NCBI GenBank assembly: GCA_027859095.1
Contig: JAQIBN010000006.1
Coordinates: 18,008 to 82,007 of the forward strand
DNA from: Spirochaetia bacterium
GTDB taxonomy: Bacteria > Spirochaetota > Spirochaetia > B11-G9
Direction of reading: 5' to 3'
Length of the DNA stretch: 64,000 nucleotides
Shown here: positions 41,204-51,442 of the stretch, piece by piece
Position numbering within the stretch: the first letter of the stretch is position 1
How the letters are laid out: each line of letters opens with the position of its first letter
Made by a program: the position numbers and the translations under genes
The notes under the pieces: model-generated
Seen by the model: only the letters and a program-made list of their open reading frames with translations
What the model was told of the DNA's origin: nothing
Database searches by the model: none

Positions 41204-42225
41204 ATTAACCTCCTGCGCAACGCCAAACGATCCGTATTACGTTTAACCATGACATTAGCTATAACTGCAGCCATTATCGTGATTCCCTGGATTCCCATCT
41301 GCCAGAATGGCGAAACATTAATTAGAGGTAGAGCATTATTCAGAAGACCGAAGAGAATTGTTCCAAGAATCAACCCTGACAGTTTCCCCACACCTCCCGC
41401 AATACTGACGCCGCCAAGGATACATGTCGCAATTACCTGCAGTTCATAACCTGCTGCAGTATCACCTTGAGCAGAAGCGAACTTTGCAACCCAGAGAACC
41501 CCTGCCAGACCTGCCAGACCTCCCATAATAGCATATGCCAGAAAAACCAGGGTTCTTTTGGGCAAACCCGAAACCTCTGCAGCTTCTGGATTCGAACCGA
41601 CAGCGTAAATCTGCCTTCCTGTACGGGTATGGTTCACAAAATATCCGGCAATAACAAATACAAAGACAGCAGTAACGATTAGGCTGTTAATTCCAAAAAT
41701 CTTTCCAGTAGCAATTGCCTTAAATCCGGTGGACATTTGGTAGGAACTGACCCATTTACCGCCTGAAACGACATAAGTCATTCCCCGAACAATATTCATC
41801 ATCCCCAGAGTTGCAATAATGGGAAGCACATTAAAACGCGCCACCAGAATGCCGTTCAGCATGCCTATAATTGTACCGATAGCCATACCTTCGGCCAAAC
41901 ATAGAAGCGGAGGCATTTCAGGAAACCGTGCAACAGTCAAAGCTGAAACCATACCAGAGAAGGCGATTATCGCTCCTATTGACAAATCAATACCTCTGGT
42001 TATCAGTACCAGCATCATTCCCACAGCTAGAATTCCAAGAATGGACGTATTGGTCAGTAAAGAGGTGATATTTGAAAGAGAGAGAAATGCCGGATTTCTT
42101 AGCTGAATGAGCAAACCCAGTAGTATGATGAAAATCAGCAGACCAAGCTCCCTCAGATTCTCAGTGAATAGAATCTTACCTTTAACCAAATAACTATCCC
42201 TCTCTCGCTTCAGAAACAGCAGCAT
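41200..42225 (-). CDS. rhaP: Sugar ABC permease (RbsC-like, RhaP).
   Basis: BPD_transp_2 permease. It overlaps the neighbouring permease by 4 nt. Confidence 0.8.
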   Translation of the reverse strand: MLLFLKRERDSYLVKGKILFTENLRELGLLIFIILLGLLIQLRNPAFLSLSNITSLLTNTSILGILAVGMMLVLITRGIDLSIGAIIAFSGMVSALTVARFPEMPPLLCLAEGMAIGTIIGMLNGILVARFNVLPIIATLGMMNIVRGMTYVVSGGKWVSSYQMSTGFKAIATGKIFGINSLIVTAVFVFVIAGYFVNHTRTGRQIYAVGSNPEAAEVSGLPKRTLVFLAYAIMGGLAGLAGVLWVAKFASAQGDTAAGYELQVIATCILGGVSIAGGVGKLSGLILGTILFGLLNNALPLINVSPFWQMGIQGITIMAAVIANVMVKRNTDRLALRRRLI

Positions 42226-43729
42226 CTGTCCGCGGTGTTTTTACGACCATAGCAGCATTTAAAATTTCTTCCTGAGTGCATTTTGAAGTATCTAACAGAG
42301 CCGTAACATGCCCCTCTTTCATAACGACTATTCGGTCGCTCATACCCATCACTTCGGGCATCTCTGAGGATATCAGAATAATCCCGTATCCCTGTTCCAC
42401 CAAATCTCCTATAATCTCATAGATGGCTGTCTTTGCTTTGATATCCACACCCTTGGTGGGTTCATCCAGAATAATGACTTTCAAATTTCTTGTCAGAATT
42501 TTTGCTACAACTACCTTCTGCTGATTGCCACCGGACAGTGTCGAAGCGCGGGTGAATATATTCCCGGCCTTAACATTGAGCTTGTCTGCAAGCTGGCCGG
42601 AAGCAAGCCGTTCACCACCTTCATCCAACCAGTTATACCTGGAAAATGAAGAAAGCGAGGGCAGAGTTATATTCTTACCGATTTCCCAATCCAGAATAAG
42701 ACCCTGTTTTTGCCGATCTTCAGGCAGAAAACCAATTCCTGCATCCAGGGCCGTTACTGGGCTGTCTATAACAATCTCATGATCATCAAAGGTTATTATG
42801 CCCTCATCACTCGGGTTAATCCCGTAGATTGATTCACATACTTCAGTTCGGCCGGCTCCGACCAAACCTGTAAGAGCCAGGATTTCTCCCTTATGAAGGT
42901 CGAGCGAGACATTCCGGAAGTAGCCTATTCGGGTCAGGTTTTCAACACTCAGAACCTTTTCTCCAATAGGCACCTTACGCTTGGGAAACATCTGAATAAT
43001 TTCCCGGCCCACCATTGCTACAATGAGTTTATCCTGAGTGATCTCCTCCATGGGCCAGCAGCCAATGAAGCGGGAATCCCGGAAGACAGTGACTCTGTCT
43101 GCAAGCCGGAAAATATCCTCTATTCGATGAGAGATGAAGATTATTGAGACTCCATCATCCCGGAGACCTTCGGTTATACGATAAAGTTCTGAACTCTCAT
43201 GCTGTGTTAGAGCAGCCGTGGGCTCATCCATAATAATGATCTTTGCACGGGTTGAGAGTGCTTTTGCTATTTCGACAATCTGCTGTCTGGCAACAGACAG
43301 GTTACCCATTCTTTCATGTGAATCAAAATTAGCACCCAGCTGATCCAGTAATTCCTGAGCTTCCGAAAACATTTTGTTCCAGTCAATCCGTTTTGAATAT
43401 CTCTTAATTTTTTCATGCCCCATATAAATGTTTTCAGCGACAGTCAAATCCGGATAGCATGTAACATGCTGATAAATTGCGGCCAGGCCCATTTCCTGTG
43501 CTTCCATAGGATTAGCAAAGGAAACAAGATTACCATTTATGAACATCTCGCCTGTATCGTGACTGTGTACACCTGTAATTATTTTAATAAAAGTTGATTT
43601 ACCGGCTCCATTCTCGCCCATTAAGCCGTGAATCTCACCTGGCATCAAATCAAAGTGCACTTCGTCCAGAGCTTTGACTCCGGGAAAAGACTTTGATATA
43701 TGTTTCAATTCCAGAATTTTCTCAGCCAC
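42194..43729 (-). CDS. rhaT: Sugar ABC ATPase with duplicated ABC domains (RhaT/RbsA-like).
   Basis: It has two Walker A motifs (GENGAGKST, GLVGAGRTE) and two ABC signature motifs. Confidence 0.85.
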   Translation of the reverse strand: MAEKILELKHISKSFPGVKALDEVHFDLMPGEIHGLMGENGAGKSTFIKIITGVHSHDTGEMFINGNLVSFANPMEAQEMGLAAIYQHVTCYPDLTVAENIYMGHEKIKRYSKRIDWNKMFSEAQELLDQLGANFDSHERMGNLSVARQQIVEIAKALSTRAKIIIMDEPTAALTQHESSELYRITEGLRDDGVSIIFISHRIEDIFRLADRVTVFRDSRFIGCWPMEEITQDKLIVAMVGREIIQMFPKRKVPIGEKVLSVENLTRIGYFRNVSLDLHKGEILALTGLVGAGRTEVCESIYGINPSDEGIITFDDHEIVIDSPVTALDAGIGFLPEDRQKQGLILDWEIGKNITLPSLSSFSRYNWLDEGGERLASGQLADKLNVKAGNIFTRASTLSGGNQQKVVVAKILTRNLKVIILDEPTKGVDIKAKTAIYEIIGDLVEQGYGIILISSEMPEVMGMSDRIVVMKEGHVTALLDTSKCTQEEILNAAMVVKTPRTDAAVSEAREG

Positions 43730-43776
43730 AGAATCTACTCCTTATTTACTTCCTGTCATATATAACATCACAAATT

Positions 43777-44106
43777 TCATTCTAAATAAAACATCTCATC
43801 GAGAGTATTAACCACAGGTGAATCATCAGGATTAGTCTCCATTAGATCTGCCATAAAAGTCCACCATTCCTTGACAATATCTTTCTCCGCAAGCCGGTCA
43901 GCAGAATGGCCTTCAATCACTTTCTGACTTGCAAAAAGTGTATTTGTCCGCTTATCCAGAAAAATTATATAGTCATATATCCCGGCAGAGCTTAATTTAG
44001 CTGCAAGTTTTGGCCAGATCTCATCATGCCGACGTTTATATTCCGCTGACTTTCCCGGTTTCAACTGCATAGCAAATCCTATTCGTTTCATACGCACCCT
44101 TCTCAA
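43777..44106 (-). CDS. rhaM: L-rhamnose mutarotase.
   Basis: It is about 105 aa with KRIGFAMQLKPG...YKRRHDEIWP, the conserved RhaM motifs. The start is probably the Met at about 44091. Confidence 0.85.
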   Translation of the reverse strand: MRRVRMKRIGFAMQLKPGKSAEYKRRHDEIWPKLAAKLSSAGIYDYIIFLDKRTNTLFASQKVIEGHSADRLAEKDIVKEWWTFMADLMETNPDDSPVVNTLDEMFYLE

Positions 44107-44170
44107 TTAAAAATCTTTAAAACTTGTGAAAGTTGACATAGCCGTTTGTAGTCTCTTATTAATTTTCATA

Positions 44171-45628
44171 TCAGCACACCCGTGTTACAGGGAGCCCAAG
44201 AAGTGCCCCCAATTTATCTAAGCTTGATCCAATATGACCTGTACCTATTGCACAATGATGAGACGGTCCTTTGCGTGACCAGACATCGATAAATTCGCGT
44301 GCCGGAAGAGGAAATTTATACCGACTATTGGTATTCCCTATATGAAGGACTGGGCCGGAGACACATTGTCCCTCTGCAACAAGCAAAAATACACCATTTA
44401 TGCCCTCACAAACAGATAAAAAAGTTACCGGGCCATTCTTGACACTCATCTGTATAGAAAGACCTTTTCCGGGTTTTCCATGATAAACAGGGAGAGGAAC
44501 AAGATCGACAGCTCCCTCAGCAATACTTATATGAGCAGGTCCGTCATGACCAAATATAATAATGTCATCATTAAAATCCATGGCATAAAACTCAGAAAAA
44601 GATCCTCCAATACCGAAACTATCCAAAATTTTCATAGCCTGGGCATTCTTGATTTCACATTCTCCAGCTACTGGTATATGTCTTCCGATCAGCATAGTAC
44701 TTCCAGCAATTATTGAAGTTACAATATTTTCGTGCTCTGAACCTTCAGTTCCCTCATAATAATATGCAAGGGATCCAAGATGATGATTTGCAACCAGTTT
44801 GTCCAGAGCCACTGATGTGCGAGCAGCACGATCCAGCTCAAATGCATCACAATCAGTTAAAACATTAAATGTTAATTTAAATGCAGCACGTTTTTCATAT
44901 ATCTCATCTTCTGTGACTTTCCTGCGTAGTTCAGCCAGTTCATCTATCTCAATAAAATCGATGTGACCGCCAAATGAAGCTATTTGCTGGGTGATATCAG
45001 TATAAACATCAAGCATACCTGCATAATAATGTCCTATAACTCCAAGTCTGTTGTTCTGCATGATTTTTACTACTTTTGCAGCATTGATCCACTCTTCTAA
45101 AAGAGCATTAGTTTGAGGTTCTCCAAGATAGCCGGTAATTAAATGGAAATTGATACCAGCACGATTGAAGACATTGGCAATTTCCGGTACTGAACAAGCT
45201 TGACAATATGCAAGCCATTCCCCAGTCATAACACCCCGATCGGTTATTTTGTTAAAAGAATCATAATCGATAAAGGCGGTAGGTTGAATGTTCAACACTA
45301 TAATAGGAACTCCGGTTACCTGAACAATTGGCAGGACTGTAGAAGAAAGAGCATAGGTAGAGATATACAAAAATATGAAATCAACTTGTTGTTGACGAAA
45401 AAGAGCTCCTACTGCTTTTGCTCTTTCAGGATTATCTACCAGGCCTGCATCTATCAACTCAATATCACCAAAAGAAAGCATCTTTTGCGAAATCTGCTGC
45501 TGATACCCCTCCAGTCGCTCCTTAAGACCTTTAAACTGAGGCCAATAGGTATCTAAACCAATACCGAATATACCGATAATTATTTTTTCATGCCCATCCA
45601 TTATTGCATCCTCTCCATTTATTATCAT
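44171..45628 (-). CDS. L-arabinose-isomerase-family sugar isomerase.
   Basis: The 485-aa protein has an AraA-like N-terminus and central GECEIKNAQAMKI..FSEFYAMDF region. Confidence 0.6.
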   Translation of the reverse strand: MIINGEDAIMDGHEKIIIGIFGIGLDTYWPQFKGLKERLEGYQQQISQKMLSFGDIELIDAGLVDNPERAKAVGALFRQQQVDFIFLYISTYALSSTVLPIVQVTGVPIIVLNIQPTAFIDYDSFNKITDRGVMTGEWLAYCQACSVPEIANVFNRAGINFHLITGYLGEPQTNALLEEWINAAKVVKIMQNNRLGVIGHYYAGMLDVYTDITQQIASFGGHIDFIEIDELAELRRKVTEDEIYEKRAAFKLTFNVLTDCDAFELDRAARTSVALDKLVANHHLGSLAYYYEGTEGSEHENIVTSIIAGSTMLIGRHIPVAGECEIKNAQAMKILDSFGIGGSFSEFYAMDFNDDIIIFGHDGPAHISIAEGAVDLVPLPVYHGKPGKGLSIQMSVKNGPVTFLSVCEGINGVFLLVAEGQCVSGPVLHIGNTNSRYKFPLPAREFIDVWSRKGPSHHCAIGTGHIGSSLDKLGALLGLPVTRVC

Positions 45629-45691
45629 GCTATACCATCAAATGGTTCAATGGAATGGACATTTATTTTTTTTTGATATACATTTTTTCTC

Positions 45692-46618
45692 ATGGCTACT
45701 CACGGAAGCACCTTCTCAAGATACCTTCCTGTTAACTCTGAAGCTCTCCTTTGGGAAATTTATTGCAATGATGCCGGATATAACCAGGTACCTGCAGGAA
45801 CCAGTTATCCTAATGAACCTGAACAACATCCAAAAAATTATGCAAAAAACGTAGTAACTGGTAGAGTTTTACGAGAATATCAGGTTGTCTATATAACAAC
45901 CGGTAGGGGCTGGTTTAGTAGTGATTTATCTGGCCGGCATGAGATTAAAACTGGCGATATATTCATGCTTTTCCCTGGTGTAAAGCACGCATATTCTCCT
46001 TTACCTGATACAGGATGGCAGGAATACTGGGTAGGGTTCTCCGGGATACACGCAGATAGACTTTTTAAAAACGGACTTTTCAATCCACAGAAACCCGTTC
46101 ACCATATTGGGCTCAACCAGGAAATCATGGTGGATTTTGAACAAATTATACGATTTTGCCGCCAACAGCCCCCAGGCTTTCAGGTTCGTTTGGGTGCTAT
46201 AATCCTTCAGCTCCTTGCCCATATCTATACTTCAAAATTGAATTTACAGACAGCTCAGGGAGATAGTGAGCTTGTACAGATGGCTCGCTCGGTCATGCAG
46301 CTATATGTGGACGAAGGTATAGAAGTGAACCAAATTGCTGATAAGCTAGGTGTAGGATACAAACATTTACTTGAAATATTCCAGCAGTTTACAGGACTTA
46401 CACCATACCAGTACTTTCTGCAGCTCCGTATACATAGAGCCAAGGAACTACTGGAAAACAACTCTATGTCTATAAAGGAAGTTTCCGGCCGAATGAACTT
46501 TGAGAACCAATACTATTTTTCACGTATTTTTAAGAATAAAACTGGATGCTCTCCTTCACAGTGGATTGCTTTGACCTGTAATAATCTCAAAAATGGAGAA
46601 AGGTTCAAAAGGAATTAA
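45692..46618 (+). CDS. AraC-family regulator (RhaR/RhaS-like cupin plus HTH).
   Basis: The C-terminal AraC HTH (QIADKLGVGYKHLLEIFQQFTGLTPYQYFLQLRI) is present. It is divergent from the rhamnose operon. Confidence 0.8.
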   Translation: MATHGSTFSRYLPVNSEALLWEIYCNDAGYNQVPAGTSYPNEPEQHPKNYAKNVVTGRVLREYQVVYITTGRGWFSSDLSGRHEIKTGDIFMLFPGVKHAYSPLPDTGWQEYWVGFSGIHADRLFKNGLFNPQKPVHHIGLNQEIMVDFEQIIRFCRQQPPGFQVRLGAIILQLLAHIYTSKLNLQTAQGDSELVQMARSVMQLYVDEGIEVNQIADKLGVGYKHLLEIFQQFTGLTPYQYFLQLRIHRAKELLENNSMSIKEVSGRMNFENQYYFSRIFKNKTGCSPSQWIALTCNNLKNGERFKRN

Positions 46619-46684
46619 TGCGCAAATCGCCATGCAATCGTAAAAATGACCACATAGTAAAAGCCTCTCAGAGCAATCCCCTTT

Positions 46685-47833
46685 TTATTGCTTGATACAT
46701 TCCATATGAATAGTGAAGAAGACTCGATAGAACAGGCTATTTTTACAGCCAGTCCTTATCTCTAAGCCCTTCACAAAGGAGAAACTAACAGAAAACCGCC
46801 GGGGTGCGGTCGTATGCCTGCCAAACATATATAAATATCCCCCGTTCATTCCCTTTGCAGCAACATAATCGGGACATGAGATAAATGCATCTGCTGTTTC
46901 CTTTAAAATATTCCAGGCTATAGGACTTGGTTCGCCACATGACAGTCCGGCCATAATTGTATTTAAAGATCCAATTACATTATGCGGTTCCTCATCATCA
47001 TACTTCATAGATTCAAAAAGGCATGCCGCTTTTTCCGGTTCAACCAGAATACATTTTGGGGCATCCCTGCCAAAAACACTATGATAAAATCCAGCAACGG
47101 AGGCAGCGGGGGCTCCAACTCCTGCCTGAACAAAAATATGGGTGGGTTTTATCATACCCTGTGCACTGAATTGTTCCTGGGCTTTGAGAAACATTGTTGT
47201 ATAACCCTGCATAATCCATGAGGGAATAGTTGAATAACCATCCCAGGATGTATCAGAGATAACATTCCAGCCATTTTTCTTTGAGTCTATAACTACTTGA
47301 CGAACTGCATTATCATAATTCCCTTCTATAATTTTTACCGTAGCGCCATAATCTCGGATAGCCTGGATTCTTGCTTTGGAAGTTTCTGAATGGACATAGA
47401 TAACACACTTATGACCAAGTTTTCCTGCGGCTCATGCAATACCTCTACCATGATTACCGTCTGTAGCTGAAGCAAAGGTAATTTCACCTAATTTTTCCTT
47501 TGCTTCGTTCGAAACAAGGTAATCAAAAGTGATGGGCTGACCTTCAATTCCAAGCTTTTTTTGAAAAAATTTATACAGAGCAAAAGATCCACCCAGAACT
47601 TTGAATGAATTCAGCTCCAGACGTTCTGCTTCATCGTTAATCCATATTCCACCAACACCAAACATTCGCGCCAGATTATTAAGATTTTTTAAAGGTGATA
47701 TCTTGAATCCCGGAATTTGTATATGGAATTTTCTGGCTTCATGGGCAACTTCAAGAGGAAATTATTTTTTTCTTAAAGCATCATATTTATTATTATTCAA
47801 GATCCATCTCATGTCAGATTTTATAATATTCAT
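46685..47833 (-). pseudogene. dpaL: Diaminopropionate ammonia-lyase (PLP, fold type II), inactivated by a frameshift and an in-frame TGA.
   Basis: There is an in-frame TGA at 47434..47432 exactly where the conserved Trp of the GNHGRG(V/I)AW motif is expected. A frameshift lies in a T7/A7 run at 47765-47771, between the MNIIKSDMRW start and FKVLGGSFA. A GGGGAG ribosome-binding site lies upstream of 47833. Confidence 0.65.
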
Positions 47834-47895
47834 AAATACTCCCCTAAAAAAGCCTTGTATAATATATAGCCATTATCTCCTTTCCATGTCCAGTT

Positions 47896-48795
47896 TTATC
47901 GATATCTGATACCAAGAAAAACCGGGCTATTTCGTTTAAAAAATGACCAGGCGCCACCATCCGGGTGATTAAGAATAGTTATTTCTCCTTCTGGGTATCT
48001 CTTCAATCCAAGGATTGAAGAACCGCCACCGTCAAGATTTATCGCATTTTCTGCTCCAAGAGCTCTCATCCATTCAGCTGCTTCGTAAAATGTTGCCCCC
48101 GATCCGGTTTGGGTATTTTCACCATCTATCGCAGCAAGAATAAGAATAGTGCCGTTTTCAGAAGTTCCAAGAAGACTTCTCGCAGCCCTGGGGCGTTCTA
48201 CTGCCACATTTCTCCTATTCTCCAGGATAATGAAAAACCCGCCTGCTCCATCATTCATCTGATCATGTTCAATAAAGGGAGGATGCTTAAGTATTACCCT
48301 TTTATTGTTAGTAATAAAAAAAGCATCATATCTGTCATTCATGGAATAAAGAACTCCCTCCGAAAGAACGATCCCCTCTGCAGTCTGCCGGGTTCCAGGA
48401 AACAGACGGTAGGGTTTGAATGGAGTTGTATTTATTGCTGCAATTAGATCCTCTTTTTTCATGAACTGTTCTAATGTTCCTGTACTAAAATTGTTTTTTC
48501 CGGGATTTTCGCCCGTCATAGGAGAGATCCCCCTGGATATAACAATTTCCCTTTCATTCACAGAAAGATCTATTTTAACACCGCTTATGTAAAAAGGAGG
48601 ATTTGAACTGCTGAAGGAGAAGCTTTCAACTCCCTTATACACAGTCTCCCATGAAGGAGAGAAATCCAAGGGAGGAAGGATGATATCAACGGTGTCAGTC
48701 CGTGCATTACCCGTAAAGGTACTACAGCAGGAGAGAAAAATTCCAAGACCGAATAGCAGGAGAAACCATACTATTCTTACATTTTTTGAGTTCAT
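47896..48795 (-). CDS. Secreted phosphodiester glycosidase-family protein (DUF2233 / NAGPA-like).
   Basis: It has a signal peptide and the conserved NLDGGGSS motif. Confidence 0.65.
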   Translation of the reverse strand: MNSKNVRIVWFLLLFGLGIFLSCCSTFTGNARTDTVDIILPPLDFSPSWETVYKGVESFSFSSSNPPFYISGVKIDLSVNEREIVISRGISPMTGENPGKNNFSTGTLEQFMKKEDLIAAINTTPFKPYRLFPGTRQTAEGIVLSEGVLYSMNDRYDAFFITNNKRVILKHPPFIEHDQMNDGAGGFFIILENRRNVAVERPRAARSLLGTSENGTILILAAIDGENTQTGSGATFYEAAEWMRALGAENAINLDGGGSSILGLKRYPEGEITILNHPDGGAWSFFKRNSPVFLGIRYR

Positions 48796-48932
48796 TATAT
48801 GAATATACAGTGTTGAAGGAAAATCTCAAAGCATAATTATTAAGAATAAGAACTGCCAAACTAATAAATCATATTGTAATAAATTGTTATATATGTCTTG
48901 CAGTACTGAAAGATTGAATCTGAGTAAAATAA

Positions 48933-48969
48933 AAGTACAGGACATTTGTAGTCATCATATCCTGTACTT
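48933..48969 (-). terminator. Rho-independent terminator of wrbA.
   Basis: AAGTACAGGA...TCCTGTACTT forms a 10-bp stem, followed by TTTTATTTT on the minus strand. Confidence 0.5.
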
Positions 48970-48989
48970 TACTTACTAAATCTTAACTA

Positions 48990-49595
48990 TCAGGATAATT
49001 TTTCTGCAATCTTACCTACCCTGACAGCCAGGACAGCCGCAAGACTAAGTTCAGTTTCGCTCGGCATTCTGGAACCGTCTCCAGCAGCGATAGTTGTTGC
49101 ACCATATACACTGCCTCCTTCCATGGAGCTGCTGTTAAACAAAGCCTGTTCTGACTGGGGAATACCAACAAAAATCATACCATGATGAATAAACGGAACC
49201 ATACCTGTAATTAAAGTCGATTCCTGACCACTATGCTGGGTTGCTGATCCAGTAATAAGACCAAATGGTTTCCCTATTAAAGCACCGGTTTGCCAGAGTT
49301 GACCAGTTGCACCAATAAAGTTACTGAACGGTCCGGCCATATTCCCGAATCTGGTAGGAAAGGCAAAAATAAAACCGTCATAATCAGTCAGGTTTTCCAC
49401 TTCAGCTTTTTTAACATCTGCAAATGACTTCTGTGCTTCAAGAGCACCCATTTTTTCAAGTACTTCTTCCGGGAGGGTTTCTTCCACCCGCAAGAGTTCT
49501 GCCTCGATGCCGTTTTTCTTAAGGCCGTTTAATGCAGCCTGTGCCATTCCGAAGAGATGACCGTATGTTGAATAAAATATTACACCAATCTTCAT
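48990..49595 (-). CDS. wrbA: WrbA-type NAD(P)H:quinone oxidoreductase (flavodoxin-like).
   Basis: MKIGVIFYSTYGH...FAFPTRFGNMAG...HHGMIFVGIP is closely co-linear with WrbA. Confidence 0.8.
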   Translation of the reverse strand: MKIGVIFYSTYGHLFGMAQAALNGLKKNGIEAELLRVEETLPEEVLEKMGALEAQKSFADVKKAEVENLTDYDGFIFAFPTRFGNMAGPFSNFIGATGQLWQTGALIGKPFGLITGSATQHSGQESTLITGMVPFIHHGMIFVGIPQSEQALFNSSSMEGGSVYGATTIAAGDGSRMPSETELSLAAVLAVRVGKIAEKLS

Positions 49596-49604
49596 TTAAT
49601 ACTC

Positions 49605-50036
49605 CTATAGTCCCGTTCCCAGTTTTTTACAGAGAACCCCAAGGGTTTTCTGCTCTTCAGGAGAGAGAACTTTTAAACAATTATAGATTCCCCGGGCATG
49701 CCGGGGGAAAACATCTTCGATCAGATCTTTTCCCTCAGTTGTCAGAGATATAAAAACTTTTCTGCGATCGAAAGAACATGGCTGGCGTTCAACAAATCCC
49801 TTTTTAACGAGATTATCTATTACCATTGTCAGATTACCCTTGGTCTTTAGAATCTTTGATGAAAGTTCATTTGACGTAAGGTTACCTTTATGAAGCAGAG
49901 CTTCAAGGACACCAAACTGACTGGCTGTGAGTTTGCCGTCTAAAACATCCAGGGAAGCCAGGGCAGAAATTAAACTGGCCTCAGCCCTAATGAATTTTGT
50001 AAATAAATTTAACGATCTTTTTATTTCTTTATTCAT
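49605..50036 (-). CDS. MarR-family transcriptional regulator.
   Basis: It has a MarR winged HTH (LTASQFGVLEALLHKGNLTSNELSSKI). Confidence 0.8.
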   Translation of the reverse strand: MNKEIKRSLNLFTKFIRAEASLISALASLDVLDGKLTASQFGVLEALLHKGNLTSNELSSKILKTKGNLTMVIDNLVKKGFVERQPCSFDRRKVFISLTTEGKDLIEDVFPRHARGIYNCLKVLSPEEQKTLGVLCKKLGTGL

Positions 50037-50037
50037 A

Positions 50038-50059
50038 GTTAAACATTAAACTATTTAAC
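50038..50059. promoter_or_regulatory. Inverted repeat GTTAAA-N10-TTTAAC abutting the marR start. Candidate operator.
   Basis: The imperfect palindrome lies directly 5' of the marR ATG on the minus strand. Confidence 0.3.
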
Positions 50060-50152
50060 ATTGAACCAATAGTCAAGTGATTTTTACTTATATTTTAAAA
50101 ATAGAGGATAAATTTATGATTAACTTCTACATTGCAAATATTAGTTAAATCT

Positions 50153-51442
50153 TCAATCAATAAATCGTAAAATAACTGAAAACCCATGAGGTTCCAGATT
50201 TATGACAGAAAAAGCTGCTCCATGAGCCTCTGCAACTGCCTTCACTATACTAAGGCCAAGGCCAAAACCACCCCCGGTTCTCCTTCCGGTTCTTGAAGAA
50301 TCCCCAAGAAGAAATGGTTCACCTATTCGGCTGACAAGGTTCTCGTCCAATCCAGGTCCCGTGTCTGATACCTCAAGGATAAATCCATTATTACCTCTGG
50401 TATCCAGACTGACAAGGATGGAAGAACCTGGAGCATGTCTCATAGAATTTTCAATAAGATTTCTTAGTGCAAGATCCATCCGGTCGCGATCGAGAAGAAC
50501 TGTCAAATCCGAACCTTCAAAATTATATGTCAAGGGAATGTCTTTTTCCTGATAGTTCCTGCAGACAGAAAGGACCCAATCCTGAAGAGAAATATCTTCC
50601 CTGTTCAGGATATTCGGCTGAGTGGTGAGCCTCCTCTGTTCAAGAAGATTCCCTGTTAGTCGATCCAGAGTATCAATCTCCTCATTCATGGATTCCCGAA
50701 TACGTTTGTTTTCAATAAATTCAAGGGATACCTTCATTCTGGTAAGGGGAGAGCGAAGCTCATGACTTACAGCCACAAGAAGATCGTACATGGAATGGAT
50801 ATACTTTTCTATTCTATCGGCCATGCCATCCATTGCCCTTCCAAGAGTGGCAAGCTCATCCACCCCTTTTGGATTAACCCGTTTATTCCAGTCCGACACT
50901 CCAAATTCAAGAGCTGTTTGGTTCATGACCTTAAGAGGTTTAAGAAAACGTCTGACCATCATGTAACTGATAGAAAGGGCTGTTAATATCGAAACTGCCA
51001 GTATCAGCCAAATAAGAATTGACATCCGGTAATCAGCATGAAAATCTGTGAAGGCATAATCAAAACCACCCATTTGTATTGTTATTGGAAAGTCTTTTTC
51101 CCATGGGAATAAATGCAAACCCTCACCATCGTCACTCAAAGGCAAAAAGTCCTGCTCCAGGAGATCTTCATCGCTGTCCCATTGCATAATAGCGTTCGAT
51201 ATCTTTATTTCGAGCCCGGTTTTATCTGCAATATTTCGTGCAACATTAATATCAGGGGGAATACCTATTTCTGCGGCAAGGGTGTAAGCTAAGTACTGTA
51301 GATTCTGTACAGAAATTTCCGTATTGGGTGATGAGGAGGAAAGAATCTGTACCAGAACAACCCCCATACTTATAATGAGGAAGGCAACTACATAGGCGGC
51401 CAATAGTTTGATAAAAATTGATTTTACATGATGTACTTTCAT
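50153..51442 (-). CDS. Sensor histidine kinase (TM, HAMP, HisKA, HATPase_c).
   Basis: It has the H-box SHELRSPL and the G-box GGGFGLGLSIV. Confidence 0.85.
   Translation of the reverse strand: MKVHHVKSIFIKLLAAYVVAFLIISMGVVLVQILSSSSPNTEISVQNLQYLAYTLAAEIGIPPDINVARNIADKTGLEIKISNAIMQWDSDEDLLEQDFLPLSDDGEGLHLFPWEKDFPITIQMGGFDYAFTDFHADYRMSILIWLILAVSILTALSISYMMVRRFLKPLKVMNQTALEFGVSDWNKRVNPKGVDELATLGRAMDGMADRIEKYIHSMYDLLVAVSHELRSPLTRMKVSLEFIENKRIRESMNEEIDTLDRLTGNLLEQRRLTTQPNILNREDISLQDWVLSVCRNYQEKDIPLTYNFEGSDLTVLLDRDRMDLALRNLIENSMRHAPGSSILVSLDTRGNNGFILEVSDTGPGLDENLVSRIGEPFLLGDSSRTGRRTGGGFGLGLSIVKAVAEAHGAAFSVINLEPHGFSVILRFID

Noticed and set aside
47432-47434. The in-frame TGA in dpaL could be read as Trp (genetic code 4) or selenocysteine.
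   Set aside because: Every other gene in the window uses TGG for Trp and ends correctly at TGA stops, such as the class II aldolase gene (35325..36473). DpaL has no known selenoprotein form, and no SECIS-like hairpin follows.
47601-47909. A 102-aa + strand ORF.
   Set aside because: It lies antisense to the N-terminal part of the dpaL pseudogene, for which a ribosome-binding site and homology explain the region.
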